DNA from: Syntrophorhabdaceae bacterium
Lineage (GTDB): Bacteria; Desulfobacterota; Syntrophorhabdia; Syntrophorhabdales; Syntrophorhabdaceae
Direction: 5' to 3'
DNA: 64,000 nt
Assembly (NCBI GenBank): GCA_963665295.1
Contig: OY762209.1
Span: 4,160,001-4,224,000 of the forward strand
Shown here: positions 10,835 to 21,264 of the stretch, in pieces
Layout: each line of letters starts with the position of its first letter
Numbering within the stretch: the stretch's first letter is position 1
Translations under genes and position numbers: made by a program
The notes under the pieces: generated by a model
Seen by the model: the letters and a program-made list of their open reading frames with translations, nothing else
Told to the model about the DNA's origin: nothing
Databases searched by the model: none

Positions 10835-11233
10835 ATGAAACCGTCCGCAAAGCTTGTTCTCGTTTGTTTTCTTTTCCTGGCCCTCTTCACCATGACCGGC
10901 TCCCTATATGCTCAAAACCAGGACAAACAGTGGGTCCGCTTCACCTATGACAAAGACAAGGCGGACACTAACTACTACTACGACCGCCAGGCAGTGCAGT
11001 ACCTTTCGGAGAACCGGGTAAGTACGTGGCTGAGAATAGGCACTCCTGAGGGAGACGATTTCATCCTCGTGGAAATTGAGTGCTCCACCCCGATGTTCCG
11101 CACCGTGCAACCGTATAAACCGCTCTTTTTCAAACCGGATAAGACGTCCTACGTGGCATATGGATGGCTTGAGGTCCCTCCCGACTCGGAGATATACCTG
11201 CTGAGGAATATTCTCTGCAAAAAGCCAAAATGA
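10835..11233 (+). CDS. Exported hypothetical protein (surface-adhesin E-like pattern)
   Basis: Signal peptide ending LYA; W...YYYD...V.TW...EIEC...W..VPPDS...ILC pattern. Confidence 0.55.
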   Translation: MKPSAKLVLVCFLFLALFTMTGSLYAQNQDKQWVRFTYDKDKADTNYYYDRQAVQYLSENRVSTWLRIGTPEGDDFILVEIECSTPMFRTVQPYKPLFFKPDKTSYVAYGWLEVPPDSEIYLLRNILCKKPK

Positions 11234-11355
11234 CCCAAACGTGACAAACCACCGGCTCCCGGTCCTCTGATCGCGGGATTACCGGATTTCTTCGCGTCGC
11301 CCTTTTCCCATGAATGGATGAATATGCCGCGGGTACGGGCGTGGACGACCCTATA

Positions 11356-11487
11356 TCATACGGGATAGGGGAAATTGGTACGTATGAGCCTTATCAGGTC
11401 GTGCCTTTCCCTGAGGCTCATGTTGAGGTAGAACTTGCTTCCCATCAATATGTGTATAATCTTCCTGATAGAATTTAACTCGAACAT
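11356..11487 (-). CDS. Small hypothetical protein, 43 aa (MFELNSIRKIIHILMGSKFYLNMSLRERHDLIRLIRTNFPYPV)
   Basis: Read by hand, below the ORF-track length cutoff. AAGGGGGT RBS 4 nt before the ATG; sigma28-like promoter upstream. Confidence 0.55.
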   Translation of the reverse strand: MFELNSIRKIIHILMGSKFYLNMSLRERHDLIRLIRTNFPYPV

Positions 11488-11607
11488 GATTACCCCCTTG
11501 CTTCGGGTAGCCGGTCTCTGAGCCTCACGCGCATTCGCCGGTTGTTCCCGACTGTCTTTGAATCCCCCTGGGTATATGTAGACCGTTCCTGCTTTCCACT
11601 CACTGGA

Positions 11608-11634
11608 TTATCGGACCTTCCCGCTAAAACTTTA
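11608..11634 (-). promoter_or_regulatory. Sigma28 (FliA)-type promoter
   Basis: Minus strand TAAAGTTT-N11-TCCGATAA, one mismatch to the consensus TAAAGTTT-N11-GCCGATAA. Confidence 0.65.
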
Positions 11635-11737
11635 GCGTGCCGGGGCAAAGAAAACGTCGGAATATCGGTAATGATGGTTGGAGGAAAAACACGTGAATGC
11701 CGGGTGGGGCACGCCGGAACGGGCGTGCTCCGCGCAT

Positions 11738-12520
11738 CTATTTGAACTTGTGATGTTCTTTGTTTTTCTGATACAGTATCTTGAGTCCCCTCAAGGTGAG
11801 CATCTCGTCAACCTCGTCAATCGTCTGGGACTCCTTGAAGATAAAGCTCGACAATCCCCCTGTGGCGATGACGTAGGGGTTGGCCCTGACTTCTTCCTTC
11901 ATTTTGCTCACTATCCCGTCCACAAGGCCCACATACCCGTATATGATACCCGCCTGCATGGCATGGACAGTATTCTTGCCTATGAGGCTCTTAGGTTTTA
12001 TGAGTTCAACCCTGGGGAGCTTCGAGGCCCTTTCGAAAAGGGCGCCCAGGGATATCATGATCCCGGGAGCAATAGCCCCTCCCACATACTCACCCCGTGC
12101 GGTGATATAATCGAAGGTGGTCGCGGTCCCGAAATCGACAATGATGAGGGCCTTCTTATACTTCTCATACCCTGCCACGGCGTTGACAATTCTGTCCGCG
12201 CCCACTTCCTGAGGGTTTTCATATAATATGGGCATACCCGTCTTGATACCCGGTTCTACCACGAGGGGCCTGATACCCACGTACTTACGGCAGATAATCT
12301 CGAAAGGAATCAGCATGGGGGGCACAACGCATGAAATAATTGCGCTATCTATATCCACGAGCTTGATCTTTTCAAAATCAAGGAGGCTGTTCAAAAGGAT
12401 CGCGTTCTCGTCAACGGTCTTCTGGATGGATGTGCTCAGTCTCCAGTGGTTGATAAGGGTGTCGCCATCGTATACCCCAAAGACAATATTCGTATTTCCA
12501 ATATCAATGACCAGTAACAT
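11738..12520 (-). CDS. coaX: Type III pantothenate kinase
   Basis: [45 protein letters not shown]. Confidence 0.97.
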   Translation of the reverse strand: MLLVIDIGNTNIVFGVYDGDTLINHWRLSTSIQKTVDENAILLNSLLDFEKIKLVDIDSAIISCVVPPMLIPFEIICRKYVGIRPLVVEPGIKTGMPILYENPQEVGADRIVNAVAGYEKYKKALIIVDFGTATTFDYITARGEYVGGAIAPGIMISLGALFERASKLPRVELIKPKSLIGKNTVHAMQAGIIYGYVGLVDGIVSKMKEEVRANPYVIATGGLSSFIFKESQTIDEVDEMLTLRGLKILYQKNKEHHKFK

Positions 12521-12523
12521 AGG

Positions 12524-13486
12524 CTAAAAACTCACGTCTCCCGCTATAATCTTTTTCATCACTCCATCCTCGCTGAGAAGCATGGCGCCATCTCTATCTA
12601 TTCCTTCGCACGTACCTCTGTGAATCTCTCCCATCTGGACTATCTCCAGGTACTTCCCTTTGATGGCTGCCCTGTCCTGCCAGATGTCGCAGATTTCCGA
12701 CTCGCCCTTCTCTTTGAAGATGCGGTAATATTTTTCCAGGTTGGAGAGTAGCATACCACAGACCGCGGCTCTTTCATATACCTTTTTTGTCTCAATGGAG
12801 AGTGACGTGGCCTTCAGTTTGATCTCCTCGGACATCTCCTCCTGTTTCATATTAACGTTGAATCCGATGCCCACGACCACGAACCGCACCAGTTCCGCCT
12901 CTGTGGAAAGTTCCAGGAGGGTGCCGCACACCTTCTTCCCTTTAATCAGTACGTCGTTCGGCCATTTGAGCGTCGGTTCCGCCCCAAGCGTCCGGATAGT
13001 GTCATAGACCGCCAGAGATGAAAGAAAGGTGACCGGATAGATGCGCGACGGATGGACCCCGGGCCTCAGGATCAGAGACAGGTATAAATTCCGCCCCTCA
13101 GGGGAAAACCACACCCGTCCGAGGCGCCCTTTTCCGCTATTCTGGGACTCCGCGACAACAACGCTCCCCTCGGGTTCGCCCGCAAGAGCGAGGCGGAATG
13201 CGACCAGATTCGTGGAATCCACCGTATCTTTATAGATGATTCTGCGGCCTGTAAAAAGCGTCTCCAGGTCCTTGTCTATCTCCCAGGGATAGAGCTTGTC
13301 CGGACCCTTCAGAAGATGGTATCCTCTGCCCTTGGCCTTCGCGATATCATATCCCAAATGTTCAAGCTGATTTATATACTTCCATACGGCCGTCCTGGAT
13401 ATTCCTATTTTGCCCGCTATGTAGTCCCCCGAGACAAAATCGTCCTTCTCTCTCAAAAATTCCAGCAATTCCTTGATTCTATCCAT
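12524..13486 (-). CDS. birA: Bifunctional biotin operon repressor/biotin--[acetyl-CoA carboxylase] ligase
   Basis: N-terminal HTH ([18 protein letters not shown]), [30 protein letters not shown]. Confidence 0.96.
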   Translation of the reverse strand: MDRIKELLEFLREKDDFVSGDYIAGKIGISRTAVWKYINQLEHLGYDIAKAKGRGYHLLKGPDKLYPWEIDKDLETLFTGRRIIYKDTVDSTNLVAFRLALAGEPEGSVVVAESQNSGKGRLGRVWFSPEGRNLYLSLILRPGVHPSRIYPVTFLSSLAVYDTIRTLGAEPTLKWPNDVLIKGKKVCGTLLELSTEAELVRFVVVGIGFNVNMKQEEMSEEIKLKATSLSIETKKVYERAAVCGMLLSNLEKYYRIFKEKGESEICDIWQDRAAIKGKYLEIVQMGEIHRGTCEGIDRDGAMLLSEDGVMKKIIAGDVSF

Positions 13487-15542
13487 TCTCTATCTTGTCG
13501 TAGTGGGAGAAGTACATGGTAAAGGACGCCCTGCCCTGCGAAAGGGAGCGCACATCCGTGGAATACCCGAACATTTTTGTGAGTGGGGCCTTCGCCTGGA
13601 CAACCGTAATCCTGTCTTTGGATATAACGTCCGAAATCTGACATTTTCTTGCGTTCAGGTCCCCGATTATGTCTCCCAGGAATTCGTTCGGTGTGGTAAC
13701 CGTGAGAGACATAAAGGGCACAAGGAGGGCCGGTTTGGCCTCGACGCATGCCCTGCGAAAACCTTCATACCCTGCCATTTTGAGGGTGAGCCGCGCAAGC
13801 TCCGGACTGCTGAATGAGGCATCCACGATCTCCACCTTGACGTCGGTCAAAGGAAAGCCTTTTAGCACTCCTATGTGTGAGGCTTCGGTAATACCTTCCT
13901 CCACCGCCCCGACGTATGGATAGGCGGGGCTTTCCTCAGAGATGAGAGAACTCACCACATTCCCCTCGCCCCTTGGATTAGGGGATACATGGAGCGATAC
14001 CCAACCCTTCTGAGTGCCTCCTCCCGCGATACCCTGCATGCCGGTGAGGACCTTCTCGAAGGTGTGTTCCACTGCAACCGCCTTTTCTATGGTCTCTTTA
14101 TATACTACCTGGGGTTTGCCGACAAGGAGATCTATTCCGAACTCCTCTTTGATCCTCCGCACCACCACATCGAGGTGAAGCTCTCCCATGCCCGAGACCA
14201 CGGTCTGATATGCGTCCTCATCCGTTTTCACCACAAATGTGGGGTCCTCCTCGGCAATCCTCTGAAGCGTGAGAAGAAGTTTCTCCTGATCCGCGTTCTT
14301 TTTCGGTTCCACCGCAATGGAAATAACGGGTTGGTAGACCTCTATCTGCTCCAGGATTATGGGTTTACCCCCTGTCAGCGTATGGCCGGTTGAGGTCTCT
14401 TTGAGACCCACCATCCCTATGATCGCCCCCGTTCTGGCTTCTTCTATCCGTTCCCGGTGGTTGGCATGCATCCTGAATATGCGGGAAATCTTCTCTTTCT
14501 TACCAATATTGACATTGAGGACATCATCCCCCACTTTTACGGAGCCCGAATAGATCCTCACGTATACCAGCTTCCGGCCTTCCTGCATCACTACCTTAAA
14601 TGCAAGGGCGGTAAAATCCTCATCGTCCGTTGCCGCCCGCTGTTCCAACTCGCCGGTGACAGGGTTCAATCCCTGGACCGGAGGAACATCGAGAGGCGAA
14701 GGGAGATACCGGACTACCGCGTCCATGAGGGGCTGGATGCCTTTATTCTTGAGGGCTGTCCCGCAAAGCACCGGCACACAGTGAAGACCGATCGTGCCCT
14801 TCCTCAACACCTCGTGCACGAGGGCCTCGTCTATAATTCCCCCCTCAAGGTAGAGTTCCATGAAGTGGTCGTCAATAAGGGACAATTTCTCAAAAAGCTT
14901 CTCCCTGTGAACCTCCGCAACCTCCTGGTACTCCTTGGGGATCGAGATATGGTTATAGGTCGTTCCCGAATCCTCCTCGTTCCACACGATGGCCTTCATG
15001 GTAATGAGGTCGGCAACTCCGTAGAAGCCGTCCTCTCGCCCCAGAGGTATCTGTACGGGAAGCGGGTTCGCTCCTAGCTTTTCGACCAGTGCATCCACCA
15101 CAGTAAAGAAATCGGAGCCCAGCCTGTCGAGCTTGTTCACAAAGGCAATTCTCGGAACGTGATATTTGTCGGCCTGATGCCACACCGTCTCCGACTGAGG
15201 CTCCACCCCGCCGACTCCGCAGAAGACCGCCACCATGCCGTCCAGGACTCGCAGGGATCTCTCTACCTCGATGGTAAAATCGACGTGCCCCGGCGTGTCG
15301 ATAATCTGCACCTCGTGGTCGGCCCAGTAAAGGGTCGTCACCGCGGACGTAATAGTAATGCCCCTTTCCTGTTCCTGGGGCAAATAGTCCATAGTTGCGG
15401 TGCCCTCATGCACTTCCCCTATCTTATGGGTCTTTCCCGTATAGAAAAGAATGCGCTCCGTGACCGTAGTCTTCCCCGCGTCGATGTGGGCTGCAATTCC
15501 AATGTTCCGTATCTTCTTAAGGCGCTGTTCTTCTTTTTTCAT
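13479..15542 (-). CDS. fusA: Elongation factor G paralog (stand-alone, divergent domain IV)
   Basis: [35 protein letters not shown]. Not in an rpsL-rpsG-tuf context. Confidence 0.93.
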   Translation of the reverse strand: MKKEEQRLKKIRNIGIAAHIDAGKTTVTERILFYTGKTHKIGEVHEGTATMDYLPQEQERGITITSAVTTLYWADHEVQIIDTPGHVDFTIEVERSLRVLDGMVAVFCGVGGVEPQSETVWHQADKYHVPRIAFVNKLDRLGSDFFTVVDALVEKLGANPLPVQIPLGREDGFYGVADLITMKAIVWNEEDSGTTYNHISIPKEYQEVAEVHREKLFEKLSLIDDHFMELYLEGGIIDEALVHEVLRKGTIGLHCVPVLCGTALKNKGIQPLMDAVVRYLPSPLDVPPVQGLNPVTGELEQRAATDDEDFTALAFKVVMQEGRKLVYVRIYSGSVKVGDDVLNVNIGKKEKISRIFRMHANHRERIEEARTGAIIGMVGLKETSTGHTLTGGKPIILEQIEVYQPVISIAVEPKKNADQEKLLLTLQRIAEEDPTFVVKTDEDAYQTVVSGMGELHLDVVVRRIKEEFGIDLLVGKPQVVYKETIEKAVAVEHTFEKVLTGMQGIAGGGTQKGWVSLHVSPNPRGEGNVVSSLISEESPAYPYVGAVEEGITEASHIGVLKGFPLTDVKVEIVDASFSSPELARLTLKMAGYEGFRRACVEAKPALLVPFMSLTVTTPNEFLGDIIGDLNARKCQISDVISKDRITVVQAKAPLTKMFGYSTDVRSLSQGRASFTMYFSHYDKIENG

Positions 15543-15550
15543 TCCGTGAA

Positions 15551-15579
15551 AATATGACTTATTATGGCCTAAAAGTCAA
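15551..15579 (-). promoter_or_regulatory. Sigma70-type promoter of the fusA-birA-coaX operon
   Basis: Minus strand TTGACT-N17-CATATT, ending 8 nt before the ATG. Confidence 0.5.
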
Positions 15580-15653
15580 TAAATAAGGCCCTGCCCATAA
15601 TACCGGCATAACCCGCAACCTGCCCTTGTCGTCCCCGCGCGGGGTCCATTCCC

Positions 15654-16421
15654 TCACTTTTCTACTGCCTTAAGTTCCTTCTCTCTGTCGGGGGTGAGGT
15701 CCGCCCCATAGAACGTCTTGTCGGACGGAAGAATGATCGCAAATTCGCCCGTATCGTCAATCTCCATGGTTGCCCTCTCTACGTTGAAATCAAGCACGTG
15801 GCCACCCGTTTTCCGGTCCGCCGTGAGAAAATGCAGGTGATAGCCCGGGACGTTGACGCCTTTTGCGTATGGCGGGCAGCGAAACCCCACGATCGTTCCC
15901 TGAACATTCTTCAATTCAAAAAGAGGTTGGGATTTCACCACCTCATTCAGGGCCCTGTAAGGCTTCTGTTGAGCCGGTACGCTTCTCGTCTTTACCGACT
16001 GGAAAAGACCGGTAATCTTGATGGCATAAAAGATATTCGGAGTGGGGAGCAGTTTGTCGGTCTTCGCCGCAAATCGGGCAAAATCAAGGCCCTTTTCCAG
16101 AGGGACCACGCGGTCCGCCTCGAAAAACGTGACTGCCGCAAAAGGGGTCAGCGTGTCTGCGCCGGGACGCTCAACCGCGCCGGAGGCGGTGACCCGGTAG
16201 AACTCCCCGTCGAGAAGGACCATTTCCCCGTTGAGAGTGTTGAACGTCCCCAGTCCGAAGTCACCCTTCTCCCTGAGGGAACCGAGGGTTGTCTCTCCGT
16301 CGTAGATACCTGTCATCAGGGCATCGATCGTTGATATCTGTGTCAGCGTATCCCTCCCCGCATGGATCGTGCCGGCCCCGGCCAGGATAAGAACCAAAAA
16401 TACCGCGCAAATTCTTTTCAT
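15654..16421 (-). CDS. budA: Alpha-acetolactate decarboxylase with N-terminal signal peptide
   Basis: QISTIDALMTGIYDG, GDFGLGTF..LNGEM, TPFA, Zn motif GYHLHF...GGHVL; RBS GGAGG. Confidence 0.9.
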   Translation of the reverse strand: MKRICAVFLVLILAGAGTIHAGRDTLTQISTIDALMTGIYDGETTLGSLREKGDFGLGTFNTLNGEMVLLDGEFYRVTASGAVERPGADTLTPFAAVTFFEADRVVPLEKGLDFARFAAKTDKLLPTPNIFYAIKITGLFQSVKTRSVPAQQKPYRALNEVVKSQPLFELKNVQGTIVGFRCPPYAKGVNVPGYHLHFLTADRKTGGHVLDFNVERATMEIDDTGEFAIILPSDKTFYGADLTPDREKELKAVEK

Positions 16422-16540
16422 TTGGACCTCCCTTTGACGTTGGCGCAATATATCACAATTCGGCGGGATTTTGTACCCCGAAAGCGCCTCACAGCGGGCC
16501 CTGGCGGTATGGCGTAAAAAAGCCCGTGGCCATGAAATCC

Positions 16541-18145
16541 TTATTCTGTTGCCGGGAGTCCCTCGATGCGTTCCGCTATGGTTTGGCAGTGCTCCGATAT
16601 TATCTCAAGGTTTATAAGTATGTCGATAAACAAGGGACCGGCCTCCGCGCGGCAAAGCTTCATGTAGAACCTCTTCAGGTGCTTTTCCGTCGCCTCTTTT
16701 ACTTTCAGCCTTATCTCTTCGTGTCTGAACAACATCCCCCTTATCCTCGCCTGATCCTTCCGTTCGAGTAATAGGGCCGCGTCATGAATATTCTTGGAGA
16801 CCATGTTTCCTATCTCGTTTATCTCCGCATAGGCCTGCTCGGAGAACCCGGCATTCCTGCGGTACCTGGATTCCGCGAGTTCCACGAGGTTTGTGGACCT
16901 GTCGCCTACCCTCTCTATATCGTCTACAATCACGGAAAAGGCGAAGAGTCTTTTCGACAAGCCCGGTGAAAGCTCCCCGCACGAGATATTCCATAGAAAG
17001 CTCGTGATCTCAGCCTGTAGATTGTCCACCACCAGTTCGATATACATGATCTCCTTCTTCTTCGCCTCATTCCAGTGAAGGATCAGGCCGAGCCCCTGGG
17101 AAAACATCCTTCCCGCAAGCATGATCTCCCGCGACAACTCTTTATTCACGCAGATCAGGGCGTCCCGGGGGCTTATGAGGCATTTCTCATCAAGGTTTTC
17201 AGGCCACAGAGGCAGGGTTTCATCCCGGCCCGGCATTATCCTCTCGATGAGACGGGCAAAAGGCTTGAGGAAAAAAATAAAAAGGACCACGATCAAAAGG
17301 CTCAGAAGGACATGGCTAAAGGCTATCTGTTGGGCGATACTGGAGGTCAGGCTTTTAAGGACCCTTATAAAGAAAGGAAAGAAGAGAAAACAGAAGCCTA
17401 CCCCGAAACATTTGAACAGCAAGTGAGACAGGGCGCTCCTCCTCCCGTTCACACTCATGAAGATGCTTCCCATGATAGCCGTGGCAGTGGTTCCTATATT
17501 TGCCCCCAGCACCACGGGAATAGCGTTCTCAACAGATATGAGACCTTGCTGTCCGAGAATTATAAGAATTCCTATGGGGATGGCGGAGGCATGCACGAGA
17601 GCGGTAAAGACAATCCCCAGAGCCAAACCCAGAAGAGGGCTCCTCGTCTCACGGAAGAGCCGGAGGAACTCTTCGTGTTCCTTCAAAGGAGCCGTGGCGT
17701 CTCCCACCAGGCCGAGGCCGAAGAAGATGAGACCGAAATATACCACCATCTCTCCCGCGGGCTTCCATTTTTCTATCCCGAGGAAGAATATTGCGACTCC
17801 GGCGAAGATAATCAAAGGGGAGATGGCCGTCACATTCCAGACCACAAGCTGGGCCGTAAGGGTCGTACCTATGTCCGCGCCGAGGATAATGCCCAGGGAT
17901 TGATAGAAACTTATGAGCCCCGCACTCACGATCCCCACGGTAAGGAGCGTCGTTGCCGAACTGCTCTGAAGCACAGTGGTAGCCCCTATTCCTGTGAGCA
18001 ATCCGAAGTAAGGATTCTTCACGGCAAACCTGATGTGATTCCGGATACGACTGCTGAAAAGGCCCTGCATCCCCGCGCTCAGCTTCATCATCCCGAAGAG
18101 GAAAAGACCGAGACCGGTAAAAAAGAGAAGGAGACCGTTCAGCAT
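16541..18145 (-). CDS. Na+/phosphate cotransporter (NptA/YjbB family, PhoU domains)
   Basis: GLGLFLFGM, QSSSATT, GADIGTT, GANIGTT; C-terminal PhoU repeats (DIERVGD, LEIISEH). Confidence 0.9.
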   Translation of the reverse strand: MLNGLLLFFTGLGLFLFGMMKLSAGMQGLFSSRIRNHIRFAVKNPYFGLLTGIGATTVLQSSSATTLLTVGIVSAGLISFYQSLGIILGADIGTTLTAQLVVWNVTAISPLIIFAGVAIFFLGIEKWKPAGEMVVYFGLIFFGLGLVGDATAPLKEHEEFLRLFRETRSPLLGLALGIVFTALVHASAIPIGILIILGQQGLISVENAIPVVLGANIGTTATAIMGSIFMSVNGRRSALSHLLFKCFGVGFCFLFFPFFIRVLKSLTSSIAQQIAFSHVLLSLLIVVLFIFFLKPFARLIERIMPGRDETLPLWPENLDEKCLISPRDALICVNKELSREIMLAGRMFSQGLGLILHWNEAKKKEIMYIELVVDNLQAEITSFLWNISCGELSPGLSKRLFAFSVIVDDIERVGDRSTNLVELAESRYRRNAGFSEQAYAEINEIGNMVSKNIHDAALLLERKDQARIRGMLFRHEEIRLKVKEATEKHLKRFYMKLCRAEAGPLFIDILINLEIISEHCQTIAERIEGLPATE

Positions 18146-18204
18146 GGACCCGTCAAACCCTGTTCAACAACCTGGGAACGGTCTTCGATTACCGGACTAA
18201 TCAC

Positions 18205-18534
18205 TCACGATACCTTGCTCCCGTTCGGGACATCCTTATCCAGAGTCAAGAGTACCACCGAGGATTTGTCCTCCGTGGAAGCGGCGAGAAGCATTCCATG
18301 GGAGAGGATGCCTCTCAGCTTCCTCGGTTCCAGGTTCGTCACTACCACGATCTTCTTTCCCACCAGTTCCTCCCTACCGTAGTAGGGCTTGATCCCCGCG
18401 ACTATGGTGCGATCCTCACCCACATCAACGGTGAGCTTATAAAGCTTGTCGGCACCCTCCACTTCCTCGCAGGTCTTGATCTCGGCAACCCTCAAGTCCA
18501 TGCTCTGAAATACGTCAAAGGTTATGTTTTCCAT
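18205..18534 (-). CDS. tRNA-binding OB-fold protein (Trbp111/CsaA/MetG C-terminal-like)
   Basis: DLRVAEI, GADKL, RTIVAGI, NLEPRKLRGILSHGMLLAA. Confidence 0.92.
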   Translation of the reverse strand: MENITFDVFQSMDLRVAEIKTCEEVEGADKLYKLTVDVGEDRTIVAGIKPYYGREELVGKKIVVVTNLEPRKLRGILSHGMLLAASTEDKSSVVLLTLDKDVPNGSKVS

Positions 18535-18654
18535 TTTCCGCTCCTTTCTTTATATAATCGACGCCGTTCATTCAGCCGACAGCCGGGAGCGCGTGGTCCC
18601 GCCCCACTGCCGAACCTCGACGAATACATATCCCCATGTTGCCCGTGCCGGTCT

Positions 18655-19284
18655 TTACAGAACAGGTTTCTCTACCCTGTTTCGAAGTACCCCGATCCCT
18701 TCGATCTCCACTTCCACCTCATCCCCGACCTCCAGGGGACCCACCCCCGGCGGTGTTCCCGTAATGATCACATCTCCGGGCAGAAGGGTCATGACCCCGG
18801 ACACAAAGGAGACAAGTTCAAAAACATTGAAAATCATGTTGTTGGTCCGTGAATGCTGTCGGATGACCCCGTTCACCCTCGTCATGATCTCGCAGTTCAT
18901 AGGATCGATATTCGACACAATCTCCGGTCCCAAGGGACAGAACGTATCGAAGGATTTCGCTCTGGTCCATTGACCGTCCAGCCGTTGAAGGTCTCTTGCC
19001 GTCACATCGTTCGCACAGGTATATCCCATGATGTGGCGCGCCGCATCCTTTACGGAAACATTCTTTATCCTGTCCCTGATGACCACGGCCAGTTCTCCTT
19101 CGTAGTGCAACTCCCCGGTCTGGGTGGGGTAAACAATGGCAATCCCGGTTTCTATAACCGAGGTGGCGGGCTTGAGAAAGATCAGGGGATACCCCGGAAC
19201 CGGCATATTGAGTTCTTTTGCGTGATCATGGTAGTTAAGACCGACGGCAACTACCTTGGTAGGCTGAAACACTCTTCCCTCCAT
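18655..19284 (-). CDS. Fumarylacetoacetate hydrolase family protein
   Basis: [54 protein letters not shown]. Confidence 0.95.
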   Translation of the reverse strand: MEGRVFQPTKVVAVGLNYHDHAKELNMPVPGYPLIFLKPATSVIETGIAIVYPTQTGELHYEGELAVVIRDRIKNVSVKDAARHIMGYTCANDVTARDLQRLDGQWTRAKSFDTFCPLGPEIVSNIDPMNCEIMTRVNGVIRQHSRTNNMIFNVFELVSFVSGVMTLLPGDVIITGTPPGVGPLEVGDEVEVEIEGIGVLRNRVEKPVL

Positions 19285-19410
19285 TCAAGGCGCATGGTAA
19301 ATATCGCCACCTTCAATTTCCCGCTTCACCCATGCTGCCTCTGTTCATATATACCATTAACAGGGCTCCCGGTTTCAATGATTTTTTTTCGGGAACCGGG
19401 CGGTCGGAAA

Positions 19411-19872
19411 TCACCGGACCTTCCTCCCCTGTTTGATCTGCAGGATGGTAAGGATAATCCCCACAACAGTCATGGCCCCCAGGAGGACAAACCCCGTCTT
19501 CTCCCTTCCCAGATAGGAAACTATATTTAAATATATAACAATACTGAGAAAAGCCACTGTGAAGAGGGTAACGAGGATGGACCATTTTGTGTTTGCACCG
19601 AACAACATGCCCCCGGATTTTGCCCCCTCAAGCGACAGTCTTCCCTCCGGACCACGGACGGCAGCGTCCTCCCTGCCTGGTTTCAACCTCCTTCCTATAA
19701 GGATATAGATGAAGATTCCAAAAGGCGCAAAGAGCACGATCAAAAGCCAGACGACCTTGGCCGTCTTCGTGAAATTGCTTTTGAAAATATCTATGATCGC
19801 CCAGATACAGAGGGCCAGCGAAAGAAGGAAGAAGATGATAAGGGAGGGAGAAAGGTTCTGAGTATTTTCCAT
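19411..19872 (-). CDS. Membrane protein with PLDc_N (phospholipase D-nuclease N-terminal) domain
   Basis: IWAIIDIFKS...KVVWLLIVLFAPFGIFIYILIGR plus two further TM helices. Confidence 0.75.
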   Translation of the reverse strand: MENTQNLSPSLIIFFLLSLALCIWAIIDIFKSNFTKTAKVVWLLIVLFAPFGIFIYILIGRRLKPGREDAAVRGPEGRLSLEGAKSGGMLFGANTKWSILVTLFTVAFLSIVIYLNIVSYLGREKTGFVLLGAMTVVGIILTILQIKQGRKVR

Positions 19873-20061
19873 ATCCTATGCAACGTATATGAACCTATCG
19901 CGCACACATGAGTCAAGAAAATTCTTGCACTTCCTGCAAGCGGAGACCCTGAATTCTCCGGATGACCCGGTACCCAGTGTGACCAATATCATATAAACAG
20001 GAGACGCCATGTCATATACTTCTTGGGAATTTGCCGGAATTACCGGAAAGGGCTGGGTATT

Positions 20062-21201
20062 ATGACACTCATATTGTCGGGCGTTCTTATCGCATGTCTG
20101 TTCCTTGCCTTCATGGCGGCTTTAAAAGGGAGAAGTCACCGGGTTACGTCCGGAGGGGGCGTATCCGCCGGTCCGGCCCAGGGTCTCATCAAAGCCTCCT
20201 TCATGCTGAAGAAAGAGCCCGACCCTGCAATGATGGACCCCGAAACGGAAGCCGTCCTGAAGCTCTACCCGGTCCTCAGGAATATTCCTTATTCACCCGT
20301 CGCCGAAGGTAACTGGCCCATGTCACCGGATGCAGTCGACAAGACACTGAAGAAAACAATTCAGGAAAGAATACCCACCCCGGGACCCATCCGGAACAGT
20401 TCCGTCAGGCTCCTCAACCTCCTGAAGGACCCGGAGTCGAATCCCTCGGAGATTACCTCAATTGTCTCGACCAACCCCGTGTTCTCCGCAAAAATACTCC
20501 AATCGGTGAACTCCGCGTTTTTCAGCCTCGACCATAAAATGACATCCGTGGGTCGGGCCATAACACTCCTGGGATACAACAACGTAAGGTCCCTCATATT
20601 GCAGGATGCCATGCAGGGCATGATACCCCGGCGCACCTTCGCCAACCCGGCCGGGTATTACCGGATATGGGTCCACTCGGCAATAGTCTCGGCGTGCGCC
20701 GGTTATCTGGGAAAGAAGATCTTCGGACTCCCGGAGTACGACCTCGCCACCATGGGGCTTCTCCATGACATCGGGAAGTATTTCTTTAATATTCTCGACT
20801 ACGTGCCCGCCTCACACCAGGATCTCCCCGCTATTGTCCAGGAGGAAGAGTCATACGGGGTCAATCACGCGCTGCTGGGATCAATCGCCGCAAAAAACTG
20901 GCAACTCTCCGACCCTATCGCGGACGCCGTTGCATATCATCATCACCCCACGTTTCTCCCGCCCCAAAGCATTCCTGAAGAGTATGCAAAATACAGCTTC
21001 ATCATCTGTCTGTCGGATCTGGTGGGGAAGCTTCTCGATTATGATCAGGAAGAGAAGGAGATTCTCCCTATTCGGGACGAGTATTTCGAAACATGGGGTC
21101 TCAAGAACGACGTGGCCCGGCTAATTACGCCGCTCCTCATCAAGGAAGCTCACAAAGCCCGCTTTATCGTAGAATCTTACGTCAATGTGAAGCCGGTATA
21201 G
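20062..21201 (+). CDS. HDOD domain signalling protein with N-terminal membrane anchor
   Basis: NPVFSAKILQSVNSAFF, SVGRAITLLG, WVHS, GLLHDIGK, GVNHALLG..AKNWQLS, YHH. Confidence 0.9.
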   Translation: MTLILSGVLIACLFLAFMAALKGRSHRVTSGGGVSAGPAQGLIKASFMLKKEPDPAMMDPETEAVLKLYPVLRNIPYSPVAEGNWPMSPDAVDKTLKKTIQERIPTPGPIRNSSVRLLNLLKDPESNPSEITSIVSTNPVFSAKILQSVNSAFFSLDHKMTSVGRAITLLGYNNVRSLILQDAMQGMIPRRTFANPAGYYRIWVHSAIVSACAGYLGKKIFGLPEYDLATMGLLHDIGKYFFNILDYVPASHQDLPAIVQEEESYGVNHALLGSIAAKNWQLSDPIADAVAYHHHPTFLPPQSIPEEYAKYSFIICLSDLVGKLLDYDQEEKEILPIRDEYFETWGLKNDVARLITPLLIKEAHKARFIVESYVNVKPV

Positions 21202-21264
21202 GCATTCGTTTTCCTATTTCTCGCCCGTACGGGCTGCCTGCGATCCGGGAACGGGGCCCTGCCC

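Noticed and set aside
11499..11545. Possible c-di-GMP-I (GEMM) riboswitch (minus strand ...CCGGCTACCCGAAG before an RBS)
   Set aside because: Only the 3' end resembles it; the GGCAAAC...GAAA...GACGCAAAGC core is absent.
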